From an uncultured Chitinophaga sp. (GTDB lineage Bacteria > Bacteroidota > Bacteroidia > Chitinophagales > Chitinophagaceae), in NCBI GenBank assembly GCA_966250725.1, contig CBINIO010000001.1, positions 1 through 38,315 on the forward strand: 38,315 nt of DNA. The letters are read 5' to 3'. The first letter of the stretch is position 1. Each line of letters begins with the position of its first letter. The notes beneath the pieces were generated by a model that worked only from the letters and a program-made list of their open reading frames with translations, was not told the DNA's origin and made no database searches. The translations under genes and the position numbers were made by a program. This document shows, piece by piece, positions 36,977-38,315 of the stretch.

Positions 36977-37130
36977 CAGGCCGGGATTTTAACCGAACGA
37001 ATATAATCACTTCCCGCCGCCTCCGGCAACAAAATAGCGTAAATCTTTGCTAATCCGCGACCATCTTTAGCAGCCCGATTATCGTATTATTGCCGCAAGC
37101 CCTTCCCGGCAGCAACAAAAAAGCCCATCC

Positions 37131-38315
37131 ATGAACACCATCAAAAAACGCCTCATCACCTGCATGCTGGCCTTTCTCTTCAGCATTCATCTCTCCGCCC
37201 AGGTGCAGCAGCCCGGCACTACTCCCAATCTCGCCCAGCAGGCCATGATCGAGCGCGGTTACGGCATGTTCATTCACTTTGGCGTGAACACTTTCGCCGA
37301 TGTGGAATGGTCGGACGGCACCATCCCCGTGGAAAAGTATAATCCGACGGCGCTCGATCCCGACCAGTGGGTGCGCACCGCGCGCGACGCGGGTTTCCGG
37401 TATGTGCTGCTTATCACCAAACACCACGACGGCTTCTGCCTGTGGGACAGCAAATACACCACCTACGACGTGGCCGCTTCGCCCGTCAAGACCGACGTGG
37501 TGAAAGCCGTTTCAGAAGCATGCAAAAAATACGGGCTGCAATTCGCGATTTATTATTCGTTGTGGGACCGGCATGAACCTTCCTACAAAAACAAAGATCC
37601 GCAGCTGTATATCGATTACATGCGAAAGCAGCTCACCGAACTGTTTACGAACTACGGCCCGATCTGCGAGCTGTGGCTGGACGGCGGCTGGGACCGCAAG
37701 CCGGAGAATTGGGGCATCGACCAGCTGTACGCACTCGTGAAAAAATTCAATCCCGCCTGCGCCGTGAGCGTGAACCATACGATCGTGAACGAAGAAGGCA
37801 AGCGCAAATTCACGCCGCCGTCGGTAATGACGGAAGACAACAAATATTATTTCCAGTATTTCCCCTCGGATTTCCGCCTGTGGGACCCGAAGATCATCAC
37901 GCGTTTTGACAAAAAACAATACCTGCACAACGGCAAATCGTATTACATGCCCTTTGAGCATACGCTTTGCATCAGTCACCGCTGGAACTGGTTCCAGAAA
38001 TCGGCGCAGCTGCCCACCCGCGAGCTGGACGAGCTGGAAGAACTGTTTTACTGGTGCACGGCCAACAACAACTCGCTGGTGATGAACATCCCGCCGGACC
38101 AGACGGGCCGCATCCGTGAATATGAAGCGCTCGCCGCCATCGCCCTTGGCAAGCGGCTGGGGCTGGCGCCGGGGAAACCTTTGCCGCAGAACGGGAAATT
38201 TATTTCGGAAAAAAGGCCCGCCGCGGCAACAAGCGCATGGAAAGAAAAAGGGAAAAATTATGAAGCGGGCAACGTGACGGACGGCAGCCTGGACAGCCGC
38301 TGGGCTTCGGCGGAC
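37131..38315 (+). CDS. GH29 alpha-L-fucosidase, 3'-truncated by the window edge; probable F5/8 type C (CBM32-like) domain beginning at the end
   Basis: Not in the ORF track because it has no stop codon in the window. From ATG37131: signal peptide, GMFIHFGVNTF, ITKHHDGFCLWDS, YYSLWD, ELWLDGG, MNIPPD, ending YEAGNVTDGSLDSRWASAD. Confidence 0.92.
   Translation, partial: MNTIKKRLITCMLAFLFSIHLSAQVQQPGTTPNLAQQAMIERGYGMFIHFGVNTFADVEWSDGTIPVEKYNPTALDPDQWVRTARDAGFRYVLLITKHHDGFCLWDSKYTTYDVAASPVKTDVVKAVSEACKKYGLQFAIYYSLWDRHEPSYKNKDPQLYIDYMRKQLTELFTNYGPICELWLDGGWDRKPENWGIDQLYALVKKFNPACAVSVNHTIVNEEGKRKFTPPSVMTEDNKYYFQYFPSDFRLWDPKIITRFDKKQYLHNGKSYYMPFEHTLCISHRWNWFQKSAQLPTRELDELEELFYWCTANNNSLVMNIPPDQTGRIREYEALAAIALGKRLGLAPGKPLPQNGKFISEKRPAAATSAWKEKGKNYEAGNVTDGSLDSRWASAD

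Noticed and set aside
1-38315. rRNA, tRNA, integrase, transposase, prophage or defence genes
   Set aside because: None recognisable. Almost all of the window is accounted for by the listed CDSs, and the gaps are short.

Overview
GC-rich Bacteroidota window (gene content and codon style suggest Chitinophaga or a relative; this is inferred). It has three parts. (1) 138-6484: a tripartite RND efflux operon (MFP, AcrB-type permease, NodT/TolC lipoprotein), preceded by a small ORF broken by an apparent 1-nt deletion in a T7 run and followed by a terminator. (2) 6496-34596: a roughly 28-kb polysaccharide utilization locus (PUL) with two GH92 alpha-mannosidases, an ECF sigma/FecR pair, an STN-type SusC/SusD, an atypical GH38-like protein carrying a 54-bp tandem repeat, an SGNH esterase, and a second cassette ordered susD-DUF5004-DUF4961-susC-susD-susC-(DUF5005/DUF4185-like lipoprotein). 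(3) 34609-end: a CE15-like esterase and a plug-like/MORN/TPR protein on the minus strand, then a GH29 fucosidase that runs off the window. The most notable features the ORF track does not show are a G(C/A)GGT-N14-GTGTC motif found three times upstream of PUL genes (candidate ECF promoter), the frameshifted upstream ORF of the efflux pump, and the intragenic 54-bp repeat. I saw no rRNA, tRNA, CRISPR array or transposase. Family assignments come from recognising motifs by eye, not from database searches.
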